DNA of 64,000 nt. Source: Dehalococcoidia bacterium. GTDB lineage: Bacteria > Chloroflexota > Dehalococcoidia > UBA2979. Below the pieces are notes generated by a model that was not told the DNA's origin, did no database searches, and worked only from the letters and a program-made list of their open reading frames with translations. The DNA is taken from the NCBI GenBank assembly GCA_964291495.2, contig OZ219871.1, positions 480,001 to 544,000 of the forward strand, given 5' to 3'. Shown here piece after piece: positions 48,393-57,834 of the stretch (the stretch's first letter is position 1; each line of letters starts with the position of its first letter). The translations under genes were made by a program, and so were the position numbers.

Positions 48393-48478
48393 CAGCCGGG
48401 CGGCTTGCGTTGGATACGCGCCGCCGGGACGGTAGCTGATCCAGGAGGCCGCCGCAAAGGCGGAACGTCACGCGAACG

Positions 48479-48982
48479 GTGAGCCAGATGGAGAACGAGA
48501 GCAGGCACGACCTCGGCAAGCGGCTGATCGCGGTGGCCGAGGATCTGAATCGCCGGTTGCATACCGGTCGCCTCGACGTGTGGGAAGGGCTGGACCTGAC
48601 CACGGCCCAGATCAAGACACTGGTGCTGTTGCAGGGTTCCGGTCCCCTGCGGATGGGCGCCATCGCGCTTCACCTCGACAGGGCGCTCTCCGGCACGACC
48701 ACTGTTGTGGACCGCCTGGTCGAACGAGGTCTGGTCGAACGGATCTCGGATCCCGGCGATCGGAGAGTCGTGCTCTGTCAGTTGACCGTCGGCGGAGAAG
48801 AGGCGATCACCCAGTTCTGGGGTATCGGCCGGGAGCGCCTCCAGCTGGCGGCGGAGCAACTGTCCCTGGAGGATCTGCAGAACGTGGTGCGGGGACTGGA
48901 GACCATCCAGCGGGTGCTCGCGGACATTCAGATCACCATCGAGTCAACGGAGACAGCGGCGCTCCCCGTCGAGCCCGTCTGA
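48479..48982 (+). CDS. MarR family transcriptional regulator
   Basis: LTTAQIKTL, TTTVVDRLVERGLVERISDPGDRR. Confidence 0.9.
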   Translation: MSQMENESRHDLGKRLIAVAEDLNRRLHTGRLDVWEGLDLTTAQIKTLVLLQGSGPLRMGAIALHLDRALSGTTTVVDRLVERGLVERISDPGDRRVVLCQLTVGGEEAITQFWGIGRERLQLAAEQLSLEDLQNVVRGLETIQRVLADIQITIESTETAALPVEPV

Positions 48983-49043
48983 GGCCCAACCGCAGGATCC
49001 TGCCCCGAGACTCGCAGCGAGGCTGTGAGCGCCCGGTCTATCG

Positions 49044-50279
49044 ATGACACGCCCGGCCTTCAGCGCCGTCTGCCTGGTCCTCGCCTTCGCGTTGACGAGC
49101 TGCGGGGGCGGCGAGGTGGAGCCGGCGCCCGCGCCGGCGGCCACGCCCACGCTGGTCGCCACGCCCGTAGCGGCCACGACTCCCACTCCGTCGGCGACGC
49201 TTGCGCAGGCCGCGACGCAATCCCCGCCGCCCACGGCCACCCCAACCGACACGCCCGTCCCGGCGCCGACGCCGGAGCGCGAGCTCGAGGGGCTGACGAA
49301 CTGGCTCAACAGCGAGCCCGTGACGATCGCGGGATTGGTCGCGCGGAACCGCGTCGTGCTCGTCGACTTCTGGACCTACACCTGCGTCAACTGCATCCGC
49401 ACCCTGCCGCGGCTGCGCCAGTGGCATGAGCGCTACGCCGCGCATGGGCTCACGATCATCGGCGTCCACGCTCCGGAGTTCGACTTCGAGCGCGAACCGG
49501 ACAACGTCGCCGAGGCGGTCGCGCGGCTCGGGATCGCCTACCCCGTCGCGCAGGACAACGACTACCTGACGTGGCAGGCGTTCTACAACTGCTGCTGGCC
49601 GGCCAAGTACCTGATCGGCGCCGACGGCGCCCTCGCCTACCGCCACGTCGGCGAAGGCGCCTACCAGTCGACCGAGCGTGCGATCCGCGAGGCCCTCGAG
49701 GCAGCCGGCCACGACCTCAGCGGCGTCCCGCCCGGCGCCGACGACGATCCGCGCTTCGACCCGGTGGCGACGGCGCAGACGCGCGAGCTCTACGGCGGCT
49801 ACGCGAGGAACTACGCGCCGTTCGGCGCCTACGCGGGCCAGGAGGCGTACTACGCGGGATCCGACGAGGTCCGCGACTACGTCGACACGGGCGAGCGGCT
49901 GGACGGCATGTGGTACCTGCAGGGCCTGTGGCGCAACGAGCGCGAGGCGATCGTGCACGCCCGCACCACCGAGGATCTGGCGGACTACTTCGCGTTCACG
50001 TTCCTCGCGCGGACGGTGCACATCGTGCTGCGGCCCCAGCGGGCCGAGCCGTTCGACATGGTCGTCGAACTCGACGGGCGGCCGCTGCGCCCGGACGAGG
50101 CCGGCGCGGACGTGACGTTCGACGAGCAGGGGCGCAGCGTCGTCCGGGTCGAGGAGCCCCGGATGTACCGCGTGGTCGACCTGCCGCAGTGGGGCGAGCA
50201 CGAGCTGCGGGTGCGCTCGGACTCGGACAACCTCGCGATCTTCGCGGTCACCTTCGGTTCCTACGCGGAGGAGCCGTAG
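49044..50279 (+). CDS. Redoxin-domain lipoprotein, similar to the DipZ C-terminal region
   Basis: Lipobox LTSC, PT linker, WLNSEP, DFWTYTCVNC, GVHAPEF, QTRELY, FAVTFG. Confidence 0.85.
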   Translation: MTRPAFSAVCLVLAFALTSCGGGEVEPAPAPAATPTLVATPVAATTPTPSATLAQAATQSPPPTATPTDTPVPAPTPERELEGLTNWLNSEPVTIAGLVARNRVVLVDFWTYTCVNCIRTLPRLRQWHERYAAHGLTIIGVHAPEFDFEREPDNVAEAVARLGIAYPVAQDNDYLTWQAFYNCCWPAKYLIGADGALAYRHVGEGAYQSTERAIREALEAAGHDLSGVPPGADDDPRFDPVATAQTRELYGGYARNYAPFGAYAGQEAYYAGSDEVRDYVDTGERLDGMWYLQGLWRNEREAIVHARTTEDLADYFAFTFLARTVHIVLRPQRAEPFDMVVELDGRPLRPDEAGADVTFDEQGRSVVRVEEPRMYRVVDLPQWGEHELRVRSDSDNLAIFAVTFGSYAEEP

Positions 50280-50341
50280 CCGGCTCGTCCGCCCACAACG
50301 GCTATGATGGCCTCACGAGGAGGCGTTCCGAGGGGGTCGCG

Positions 50342-50764
50342 ATGTCAGAGCATCCGAATGTAGCGCTCGTGCGGCGGGGCTACGAGGCGTTCGCCAACGG
50401 CGACGCGGAGACACTCGCCGAGCTGATCGCGGAGGACGCCGTCTGGCATGTCGGCGGGCGCAACCTGTTCACCGACACCTACCGCGGGCGCGAGGCGGTC
50501 TTCACCTACTTCCGCAAGCTGCGGGACTTCACGAACGAGACGATCAAGGTCGAAGTGCACGATGTGCTCGCGAACGACGAGCACGCCGTCGCGCTCGTCG
50601 TCATGACTGCACAGCGCGCGCGCAACGAACTCGATTCGCTCGCGACCACCAGCTTCCACCTCCGGGACGGGCAGGTGGTGGAAGCCTGGACCTTCCACGA
50701 GAACCAGTACGCGGCGGACGAGTTCTTCTCCTACCGCAAGCACAGCCAGGGCCGCATGCCCTGA
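50342..50764 (+). CDS. SnoaL-like / NTF2 family protein
   Basis: HPNVALVRRGYEAF, DAVWHVGG, HDVLANDEH, DEFFS. Confidence 0.88.
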   Translation: MSEHPNVALVRRGYEAFANGDAETLAELIAEDAVWHVGGRNLFTDTYRGREAVFTYFRKLRDFTNETIKVEVHDVLANDEHAVALVVMTAQRARNELDSLATTSFHLRDGQVVEAWTFHENQYAADEFFSYRKHSQGRMP

Positions 50765-50800
50765 TCGCCTTCGCGGCCGCCGGGCGCGCCCGGCGCGGGC

Positions 50801-52483
50801 TCAGTAGCCCATGTCGCGCAGCTGGCTGACCGTCCGCCCCATCTGCCGCTCTTCCGGGTCGATCGCGACGTCGATCAGCGCCGCCCGACCGGCGCCGAGG
50901 GCGCGCTGCAGCGCGGGCCCGATCTCCTCGGGCCGCTCGACATGCTCGGCGTGGCCGCCGAAGGCCTCCATCACCTTGTCGTAGCGCGCCTCCGGCACGT
51001 ACATCCCGACGCGCTCCGGGTAGTCGTCGCCGAAGAGGCCCTGCTCAAGCGTGCTGCCGAGGATCCCCTGGTTGTTGTCGACGATGAAGATGACCGGCAG
51101 GTTGTGGCGCAGCGCCGTCTCGATCTCCATGCCGTTGAAGCCGAACGCGCTGTCGCCGTTCACGCTGATCACCGTGGCCTCGGGCCGGGCGAGTTGCGCG
51201 CCGATCGCGAACGGCACGCCCGTGCCGATGCAGGCGTTGGTCCCGGAGTTGAGGCGCGTGGCCGGCCCGAAGCTCTGCAGCACCTGGCGCGCGGTCGCCA
51301 TCGTGATCTCGCCGTCGACGGTGATGATCGCGTCGCGCGGCGCGGCGTTGCGGATCTCGTTCATCAGCCGGTAGTGCGAGATCGGCATCTTGTCCGAGGC
51401 GAGCAGCGGCGCGAGGCGCTCCGCGTTCCGCGCGAGCGTCTCCCGCAGCTCGTGCCGCCACGGCGACTCGGCACGCTGCTCGGCCAGACCTTCCGTGCGG
51501 CCCTCGAGGGCTTCGCCGAGCTGCCGCAGCACGTGGCCGACGTCACCGGCGATGCCGACATCGACGTCCTTCTGGAGGCCGATCTCCTCGGCGTCGATGT
51601 CGACCTGGATCAGTTTCGCGTCGGGGGCGAAGCCCTGGCCCATCTGGAACATCCAGTTGAGCCGCGCGGCCAGCACCACCACCACGTCCGCGCCGCGCAT
51701 CGCCTGGCTCCGCGCGGCGGCGACGTTGAGCGGGTGGTCGTCGGGGATGAAGCCGCGCCCCATCGGCGAGGTGAGGAACGGGACGCCGAGGTCGTCTACG
51801 AGCTGCTGCAGATCGCCGAACGCCTCGTCGCCGCCCCAGCGCACGCCCTTGCCGACGATCAGCAGGGGGCGCTCGGCGTTGAGCAGCAGCTCGGCCGCCT
51901 CCTCGATCAGCAGCGGGTCGCCCTGCGCCTTGGCGGGCGGCGTGCTGCTGATCGCGCGGCGGATCTCGATGTCCTCGACCTCCTCGCGCAACACGTCGAG
52001 GGGGAGGTCGATGTAGACGGGACCGGGCCGGCCGCTCAGCGCCTTGTGGTAGCCCATCGCGATCAGCTCGGGGATGCGCTCGGCGCTGTCCGCCTGGATC
52101 GCCCACTTCGTGATCGGCTGCATCATCGCGACCGAGTCGGCCTCCTGGAAGGTCATCCGCCCGCGCTGGTGCAGCGCCGCCGAACCGCCGAGGACGAGCA
52201 GCGGGTAGCCGCTGTCCCAGGCGACGTGGACGCCGGTGACCGTGTTCGTGACGCCGGGGCCGGAGCCGGTCATCGCCACGCCGACCCTGCCGGCGACGTA
52301 GCCGTGCGCGATCGCCATGAACGAGGCGCCCTGCTCGTGGCGGACGCCGATCGGCCGCACGCCGATCTCGCCGCAGGCGCCGATCACGTTGGTGACCGGA
52401 CCGGCGACGATCGTGAAGATCGCGTCCGCTCCCTGGTCCTGGAGCGCCCTCGCAACCAGCATGCTCCCGGGGGTTCCCGACAT
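50801..52483 (-). CDS. ThDP-dependent enzyme, oxalyl-CoA decarboxylase / 2-hydroxyacyl-CoA lyase family
   Basis: GVRHEQGA, FQEAD, GRPGPVYIDLP, ARLNWMF, GDSAFGFNGMEIET, NN. Confidence 0.88.
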   Translation of the reverse strand: MSGTPGSMLVARALQDQGADAIFTIVAGPVTNVIGACGEIGVRPIGVRHEQGASFMAIAHGYVAGRVGVAMTGSGPGVTNTVTGVHVAWDSGYPLLVLGGSAALHQRGRMTFQEADSVAMMQPITKWAIQADSAERIPELIAMGYHKALSGRPGPVYIDLPLDVLREEVEDIEIRRAISSTPPAKAQGDPLLIEEAAELLLNAERPLLIVGKGVRWGGDEAFGDLQQLVDDLGVPFLTSPMGRGFIPDDHPLNVAAARSQAMRGADVVVVLAARLNWMFQMGQGFAPDAKLIQVDIDAEEIGLQKDVDVGIAGDVGHVLRQLGEALEGRTEGLAEQRAESPWRHELRETLARNAERLAPLLASDKMPISHYRLMNEIRNAAPRDAIITVDGEITMATARQVLQSFGPATRLNSGTNACIGTGVPFAIGAQLARPEATVISVNGDSAFGFNGMEIETALRHNLPVIFIVDNNQGILGSTLEQGLFGDDYPERVGMYVPEARYDKVMEAFGGHAEHVERPEEIGPALQRALGAGRAALIDVAIDPEERQMGRTVSQLRDMGY

Positions 52484-52505
52484 CGGATCGTCCCTTCCCG
52501 TGTAC

Positions 52506-53705
52506 CTAACCGGCGGCGGTCACGCGCTCATCGTGCAGCCGCTCGATCTCCTTCCAGTCGTAGCCGAGGGCCAGCAGCACCTCCTCGGTGTGCTGGCCGA
52601 GCTCCGGGGCCGGGCCCTGCACCCCGCCGGGCGTCTCGCTGAAGCGGACGGGCACGCCCACCGAGAGGTACTCGTCAAAGTGGGGGTGCTCGACCTCGAC
52701 GATGTAGCCGTTGTCCCAGAACTGCGGCTCGTCGAGGACCTCCGCGTACTCCAGCACGGGGCCGCAGGGCACGCCCTCGGCAAGCATACGGTCCAGCCAG
52801 TACTGACGTGGCTGGGTGAGCAGCGTTCCCTTCACCTCCTGCAGGAGCCAGTCGGCGTGCTCGCGGCGCGCGAAGGCATCGGCGCTGCGCTGATCCGTGA
52901 TCAGGTCATCCCGCTCGATCGCGCGGCAGAGGCCGGGCCAGTCCTTCGGATCGAGGACGCCGACGGTCAGCCACTTGCCGTCGCCCGCCTCGTGCCAGCC
53001 GAAGGCGGCCTGGTTGTAGCCGCCGGCGCCCTCGCGCACCTCCTGGTGCTTGGTGTGCAGGAAGTTCGCCAGCGTCAGGTTCTGCACGGTCATCATGCTG
53101 CCCAGCAGCGAGGCGTCGACGCGCTGGCCCGTGCCGAAGCGCTCGCGCGCGACGATCGCGGCCATGATCCCGTAGGCGAAGATCATGCTGCCCGACTGGT
53201 CGGCCAGGCCCCACTGCACGGCCTGCGGCTCTTGGCCCGGTCCCCCGCCCTGGGCGATCAGCGCGCCGCTCATGCCCTGCGCGATGTGATCGAAGGAGGC
53301 GCGCTGCGACCACTCGCCGATCGGGCCGAAGCCGGTCGTCGAGCCGTAGATCAGCCGCTCGTTGTGCGTGCGCAGCTCCTCGTAGCCAAGTCCGAGGGCG
53401 TCCATCACGCCGCTCCGGAAGTTCTCCATGACCACGTCGACCTGCGGCACGAGCTTGTAGATGATCTCGCGCGCCTGCGGCTTGCGGAGGTCGAGCGTGA
53501 TGCTGCGCTTGCCGCGGTTGTTGCCCTCGAAGTAGGAGCAGAACCCGTCCGGCAGGCGGCCCAGCGAGCGCCCCGGGTCGCCGTTGCCCGGCACCTCCAC
53601 CTTGAGGACGTCGGCGCCCATATCGGACAGCATCGCCGTGGCGTGGGGGCCGTTCTGGTAGCGGGTGAAATCGAGGATGCGAATCCCATCGAGCGGTCCG
53701 GGCAT
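52506..53705 (-). CDS. Class III CoA-transferase (formyl-CoA transferase/CaiB family)
   Basis: PLDGIRILDFT..NGP, NRGKRSITLDL, MENFR, GLADQ, LGQHT. Confidence 0.92.
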   Translation of the reverse strand: MPGPLDGIRILDFTRYQNGPHATAMLSDMGADVLKVEVPGNGDPGRSLGRLPDGFCSYFEGNNRGKRSITLDLRKPQAREIIYKLVPQVDVVMENFRSGVMDALGLGYEELRTHNERLIYGSTTGFGPIGEWSQRASFDHIAQGMSGALIAQGGGPGQEPQAVQWGLADQSGSMIFAYGIMAAIVARERFGTGQRVDASLLGSMMTVQNLTLANFLHTKHQEVREGAGGYNQAAFGWHEAGDGKWLTVGVLDPKDWPGLCRAIERDDLITDQRSADAFARREHADWLLQEVKGTLLTQPRQYWLDRMLAEGVPCGPVLEYAEVLDEPQFWDNGYIVEVEHPHFDEYLSVGVPVRFSETPGGVQGPAPELGQHTEEVLLALGYDWKEIERLHDERVTAAG

Positions 53706-53747
53706 GGCGTGCCTCCTTTCGGACCTCGCTGGTGCGTCAGCGGGGGG

Positions 53748-54683
53748 CTACTCCGCGCCGCGCAGCCGCGGATCGAGGACGTCGCGCAGTGCGTCGCCGA
53801 ACATATTGAGCGAGTAGACGGTGAGCGCGATCGCCAACCCGGGGAAGAGCGCGAGATAGGGATGCTGCTGCATCCCCGCCTGCGCCTCCTGCAGCATCCG
53901 GCCCCACGAGGGGAACGGCGGCTGCACCCCGAACCCGAGAAACGACAGCGTCGATTCGATCAGGATCACGAACCCGATCTGGATCGAGATGTTGACGATG
54001 ATCACCGTCACCACGTTGGGGAAGATGTGCCGCGCCAGGATGCGCAGGTCGGACGCGCCGAGCGCCTGTGCCGCCTCCACGAAGTCGTTTTGCTTCGTCG
54101 AGATCGTCTGGCTGCGGACCACCCTCGAGGCGCCCGCCGTGAAGAGGATGCCAATCGTCACGATCAGGCTGATCTGGCTGGCGGTGGAGTCGCGCGGCAC
54201 CGTGGAGGTGATTACGGAGATGATGAAGATCACGAAGATCAGGCCCGGGAACGCCTGCCAGGCGTCGATCAGGCGCTGCGCGAACAGGTCGAACGTCCCT
54301 CCGTAGTAGCCGGAGACGATGCCGATGATGCTGGACCCGATGGTGGCGATGACGACCGCGCCGAGACCGATGATCACGGAGGCGCGCGCCCCGAAGATCA
54401 CGCGGCTCAGCACGTCGCGGCCCTGATCGTCCGTGCCGAAGGGGTGCTCGGGCGTCGGTCCGACGAAGCGGTTGAACACGTCGATGTCGGCGTAGTGGAA
54501 CGGCGCCACCAGGTTTCCGAACAGCGCCAGCAGCAGCAGCACCAGCATGATCAGGCCGCCGAAGGCGCCGAGCGGCTTGCGGCGCACGAAGCGCAGCACG
54601 CTGAGCAGCGCACGAAGCGGGCGCGCGCGTTCCTCGCGGAGCCCTGTCGCCCGGGCGGCCAGTGCGGCGCTTGCGTCCGCCAT
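53748..54683 (-). CDS. ABC permease (DppC/OppC-like)
   Basis: HPFGTDDQGRD, FVEAAQALGA, GDALRDVLDPR. Confidence 0.92.
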   Translation of the reverse strand: MADASAALAARATGLREERARPLRALLSVLRFVRRKPLGAFGGLIMLVLLLLALFGNLVAPFHYADIDVFNRFVGPTPEHPFGTDDQGRDVLSRVIFGARASVIIGLGAVVIATIGSSIIGIVSGYYGGTFDLFAQRLIDAWQAFPGLIFVIFIISVITSTVPRDSTASQISLIVTIGILFTAGASRVVRSQTISTKQNDFVEAAQALGASDLRILARHIFPNVVTVIIVNISIQIGFVILIESTLSFLGFGVQPPFPSWGRMLQEAQAGMQQHPYLALFPGLAIALTVYSLNMFGDALRDVLDPRLRGAE

Positions 54684-55639
54684 CAGCCGTACCTGATGCG
54701 GGGATCGATGATCGCGTAGGAGAGATCGACGATCAGGTTGCTGAGGACGACGACGATAGCGGAGAGCAGCACCACCGCCTGCACGGCCGGGTAGTCGCGC
54801 TGCTCGAGCGAGGTGAGCAGGAAGTTGCCCATCCCCGGTATCGAGAAGATGCGCTCCAGCACCACGGTGCCGCCGACCAGCAGCCCGACCTGGAGACCGA
54901 TCACCGTCACCACGGGAAGCGCGGCGTTACGCAGCGCGTGGCGGATGATCACGTGGCGCTCCTGCAGTCCCTTCGCGCGCGCCGTCCGCACGTAGTCCTG
55001 GCGCAGCACCTCCAGCATCGTCGAGCGCGTGAGCCGCATCACGGAACCGGCGAGGGCGCCGCCGAGGATGATCGCCGGGACCCAGAGGATCTGGAGGTTG
55101 GTGATCGGCTCGTCCCAGATATTGCGGTACTGGATCGGCGGAACCCAGCCGAAGAACTGGAAGCCGTAGACGATCGCCATCAGCCCCAGCCAGAAGCTGG
55201 GCACCGCGAGCAAGAGGATCGCGAGGCTCCTGGTGACGTAGTCCACCCAGGTGTCCTGCCAGACGGCCGAGGTGACGCCAACCGGGATCGCCATGGTGAT
55301 CGAGAACGCCATCGCCATGATGCCCAGTTGCATGCTGATCGGCAGCTTGCGCCTCACGTCCTCGAAAACCGGACGATCGGTCAGGAAGGACTGCCCGAAG
55401 TCGCCGGTGACGATGCCGAGCAGCCACTCGGCGTATTGCTGGGGGATCGCGGTATTGAGGTTGTACTTGTGCGCGACCTTCGCCCGGAACTCCGGATCGA
55501 TCGCGCCGTCCTCAAGCTCCGAGGCCATCAGGTCGATCACGTCTCCGGGCAGGAAGCGCACGGCCATGAAGACGAAGAGCGTGATGAAAAACAGCGTCGG
55601 GACGAGCAGCAGGACGCGGCGGATGATGTACGTCTGGAT
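54683..55639 (-). CDS. ABC permease (DppB/OppB-like), apparent non-canonical ATC start
   Basis: In-frame xQTYIIRRVLLLVPTLF upstream of the tracked ATG (55567); FLPGD, DYVRTARAKGL, IDPRIRY. Confidence 0.88.
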   Translation of the reverse strand: MQTYIIRRVLLLVPTLFFITLFVFMAVRFLPGDVIDLMASELEDGAIDPEFRAKVAHKYNLNTAIPQQYAEWLLGIVTGDFGQSFLTDRPVFEDVRRKLPISMQLGIMAMAFSITMAIPVGVTSAVWQDTWVDYVTRSLAILLLAVPSFWLGLMAIVYGFQFFGWVPPIQYRNIWDEPITNLQILWVPAIILGGALAGSVMRLTRSTMLEVLRQDYVRTARAKGLQERHVIIRHALRNAALPVVTVIGLQVGLLVGGTVVLERIFSIPGMGNFLLTSLEQRDYPAVQAVVLLSAIVVVLSNLIVDLSYAIIDPRIRYG

Positions 55640-55689
55640 GGCCCGTGCCCCCAGCCTACCGAGGCGCTGCCCTCAACCGCGGGCGAGCC

Positions 55690-55720
55690 GGGGATGCCGG
55701 GCGTTTCCGCCCGGCTCCCC
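55690..55720 (-). terminator. Intercistronic hairpin after the SBP gene (stabiliser/attenuator)
   Basis: GGGGAGCCGGGCG-GAAA-CGCCCGGCATCCCC on the minus strand. Confidence 0.55.
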
Positions 55721-55794
55721 AACGCCCCCCTGCTGCTGCGTCGTGCGGCCCCGGACCGCGCGACGAATCGGACGGTTCTTCGTTGCCTCCGTCG

Positions 55795-57732
55795 CTACTT
55801 CTCGATCCAGACGTCGGTGTAGCGCGTCTGGTAGCCGCTGTCGCCGCGGGCGGTGAAGTGCGCCTCGGCGACGTTCATCCGCGGGCTGTAGGCGCCCCAG
55901 CCGAGCTGCCAGCCGACGCTCGGCACGTACCACATCGGCTCGACGAGGAAACGCTGGATGTCGCGGATCTTCTCGTTCCGCACCTCCAGGTCCAGCTCGC
56001 TGAGGATGTCGTTCACCTTGTCCACGATCACCGGATCGTGGATCTGGCTTTGGTTGCGGTTCGAGGGCAGCCGGTAGTTGAGCGAAAGCAGCAGCCCCAT
56101 GTCCGGCGCGACGTTGAGGATCATCGCAAGCCCGTTGAAGTCGCCCTGCGTCGTCATCGGCGTGTAGACCGAGGAATGGTCATCGACGTTGATCTTGAGA
56201 TCGATCCCCGCCTCGCGCACGATCTGGGCGATCAGTTCGCCCTCGAGCCTCCACTCCGCGCCGTAGGCGCCGGTGTAGTGGAACTCCGCCGAGAAGCCGT
56301 CCGGGTAGCCGGCGGCGGCGAGCAGCTTCTTCGACTCCGCCACGTCGTGGCGGATCCACTTGCCGGTCACCTCGTCCGTGCGCGGGTCGATCGACTGGCC
56401 CGGGATGCCGGCCGGCATCATGTTGTGCCAGGAGACCGCGTCGCTGACGTTGAAGCCCTCCGCGTCCAGTTTGGAGACGTTGTAGACCGCCTCGAGCAGC
56501 GCGTCCCGGTCGATCGCGAGCGAGACGGCGTGGCGCACGCGGTCGTCGCTCCAGGGCGCGTCGCCGTTGCCCAGCCAGGAGCGCGGCTCGCCGAAGGCGA
56601 GGTAGCTCCAGCCGAGGCGCTTGGAGGCGAAGATGAAAGCGTTCGGCATCTCCTCCCGCAGCGTGAGCAGCTCGTTCGCGCTGAACCTCGGGAGCTCGTC
56701 CAGGTTGCCGGCCTTGAACTGCACCAGCTGGTTGGCGCTGCCGGAGATGACGGAGATCTCGATGCCGTCGACGTAGGCCCGCTCCGGGCCGCCCCACCAC
56801 TCCGGATTGCGCTTCAGCTTGTAGTTGACGCCGGGATCCTGGCCGTCCCAGAGGAAGGCGCCGGCCCCGATCATCTCGACACCGGGGTCGAAGGCGGTGC
56901 CCGCCTCGCGAGGCATGATCACCATGCTCCAGAGGTCACCGAGGTCGAAGAGGGCGCGCGGGTTGGGGCGCACCATCTTGATCACCGGCGTGTCCGGGTC
57001 CGGCGTCTCCACGGTGTCCACGAAGTCCAGCGAGCTCGCGTTCGGCGCGCCCGAGGGCAGCGTGGCGTGCGGCTCCGGCCGGCCGGTGAAGCGCTGCACG
57101 GAGAACTTCACGTCCTCGGAGTCCAGCTTGCGGCTGATCGGCGCCGAGATCATCGCGTTCGGCTGCAGCGTGCCGGTGAGCTGGAGGCCGTCCGGCGTCA
57201 GCTCCCAGTCCGCCATGAGGCCGGCCTGCATCTCGGCGATCGGATGGTCCGCGAGAGCCGCGGGCTGCTGCCGGAAGAGCGTCCCGTAGACGGCCTCGCC
57301 CATCGGCTTGCCGCGCGTGTCCATCGAGGCGTGCGGGTCCAGCTGCTGCGGGCCGGTCGAGTTGGACTGGCGGAAGGTGCCGCCCATGACCGGCTCGCCG
57401 CGGTTGCCTCCGCCAAGCCGCGCGACCTCGGCGGGTGGCGGAGGCGTGGCCGTGGGCACGGGCGTCCGCTGCACCGCGGCCTGGGTGGGCGTGGGCGTAG
57501 CCGTGGGGACAGGGGTGGCCGGCGCAGCCGTGGCCGTCGCGGCCGCGGCCTCCGTCGCCGCCGGGGCCTGCGTGGCCGCGGGAGCCGCCGGTGCATCGTC
57601 GTCATCGTCGTCGCCGCAGCCGATCAGCGCCGCTGCGGCCAGCCCGGCGCTGCCCATTGCGGCGCCGCGCAGCAGCGATCGTCGTGTGGTGAGCACCCTC
57701 ATGAGCCGTGCGAGCTCGCGTTCATCATTCAT
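55795..57732 (-). CDS. ABC transporter substrate-binding lipoprotein (family 5, Tat signal)
   Basis: TRRSLLRG...ALIGC, poly-D and PT linker, LDPH, RNPEWW, RVRHAVSLAIDR. Confidence 0.9.
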   Translation of the reverse strand: MNDERELARLMRVLTTRRSLLRGAAMGSAGLAAAALIGCGDDDDDDAPAAPAATQAPAATEAAAATATAAPATPVPTATPTPTQAAVQRTPVPTATPPPPAEVARLGGGNRGEPVMGGTFRQSNSTGPQQLDPHASMDTRGKPMGEAVYGTLFRQQPAALADHPIAEMQAGLMADWELTPDGLQLTGTLQPNAMISAPISRKLDSEDVKFSVQRFTGRPEPHATLPSGAPNASSLDFVDTVETPDPDTPVIKMVRPNPRALFDLGDLWSMVIMPREAGTAFDPGVEMIGAGAFLWDGQDPGVNYKLKRNPEWWGGPERAYVDGIEISVISGSANQLVQFKAGNLDELPRFSANELLTLREEMPNAFIFASKRLGWSYLAFGEPRSWLGNGDAPWSDDRVRHAVSLAIDRDALLEAVYNVSKLDAEGFNVSDAVSWHNMMPAGIPGQSIDPRTDEVTGKWIRHDVAESKKLLAAAGYPDGFSAEFHYTGAYGAEWRLEGELIAQIVREAGIDLKINVDDHSSVYTPMTTQGDFNGLAMILNVAPDMGLLLSLNYRLPSNRNQSQIHDPVIVDKVNDILSELDLEVRNEKIRDIQRFLVEPMWYVPSVGWQLGWGAYSPRMNVAEAHFTARGDSGYQTRYTDVWIEK

Positions 57733-57793
57733 GTGATGCCCCCTTTGCGGCTTGGTCCCTTGTCGTGCTCCGTTCGCCGTTCGGCTGTTGCGA

Positions 57794-57822
57794 GGCGGGG
57801 CGCCCTTGAGAGGCGCCCCGCC
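57794..57822. terminator. Intergenic GC hairpin
   Basis: GGCGGGGCGCC-CTTGAGA-GGCGCCCCGCC, 11-bp stem. Confidence 0.45.
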
Positions 57823-57834
57823 AGCGGTCAGCGG

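Noticed and set aside
48400-48478. CCGCC-GCAA-AGGCGG hairpin as a c-di-GMP or other riboswitch
   Set aside because: Other conserved riboswitch elements are not recognisable; an Rfam scan would be needed
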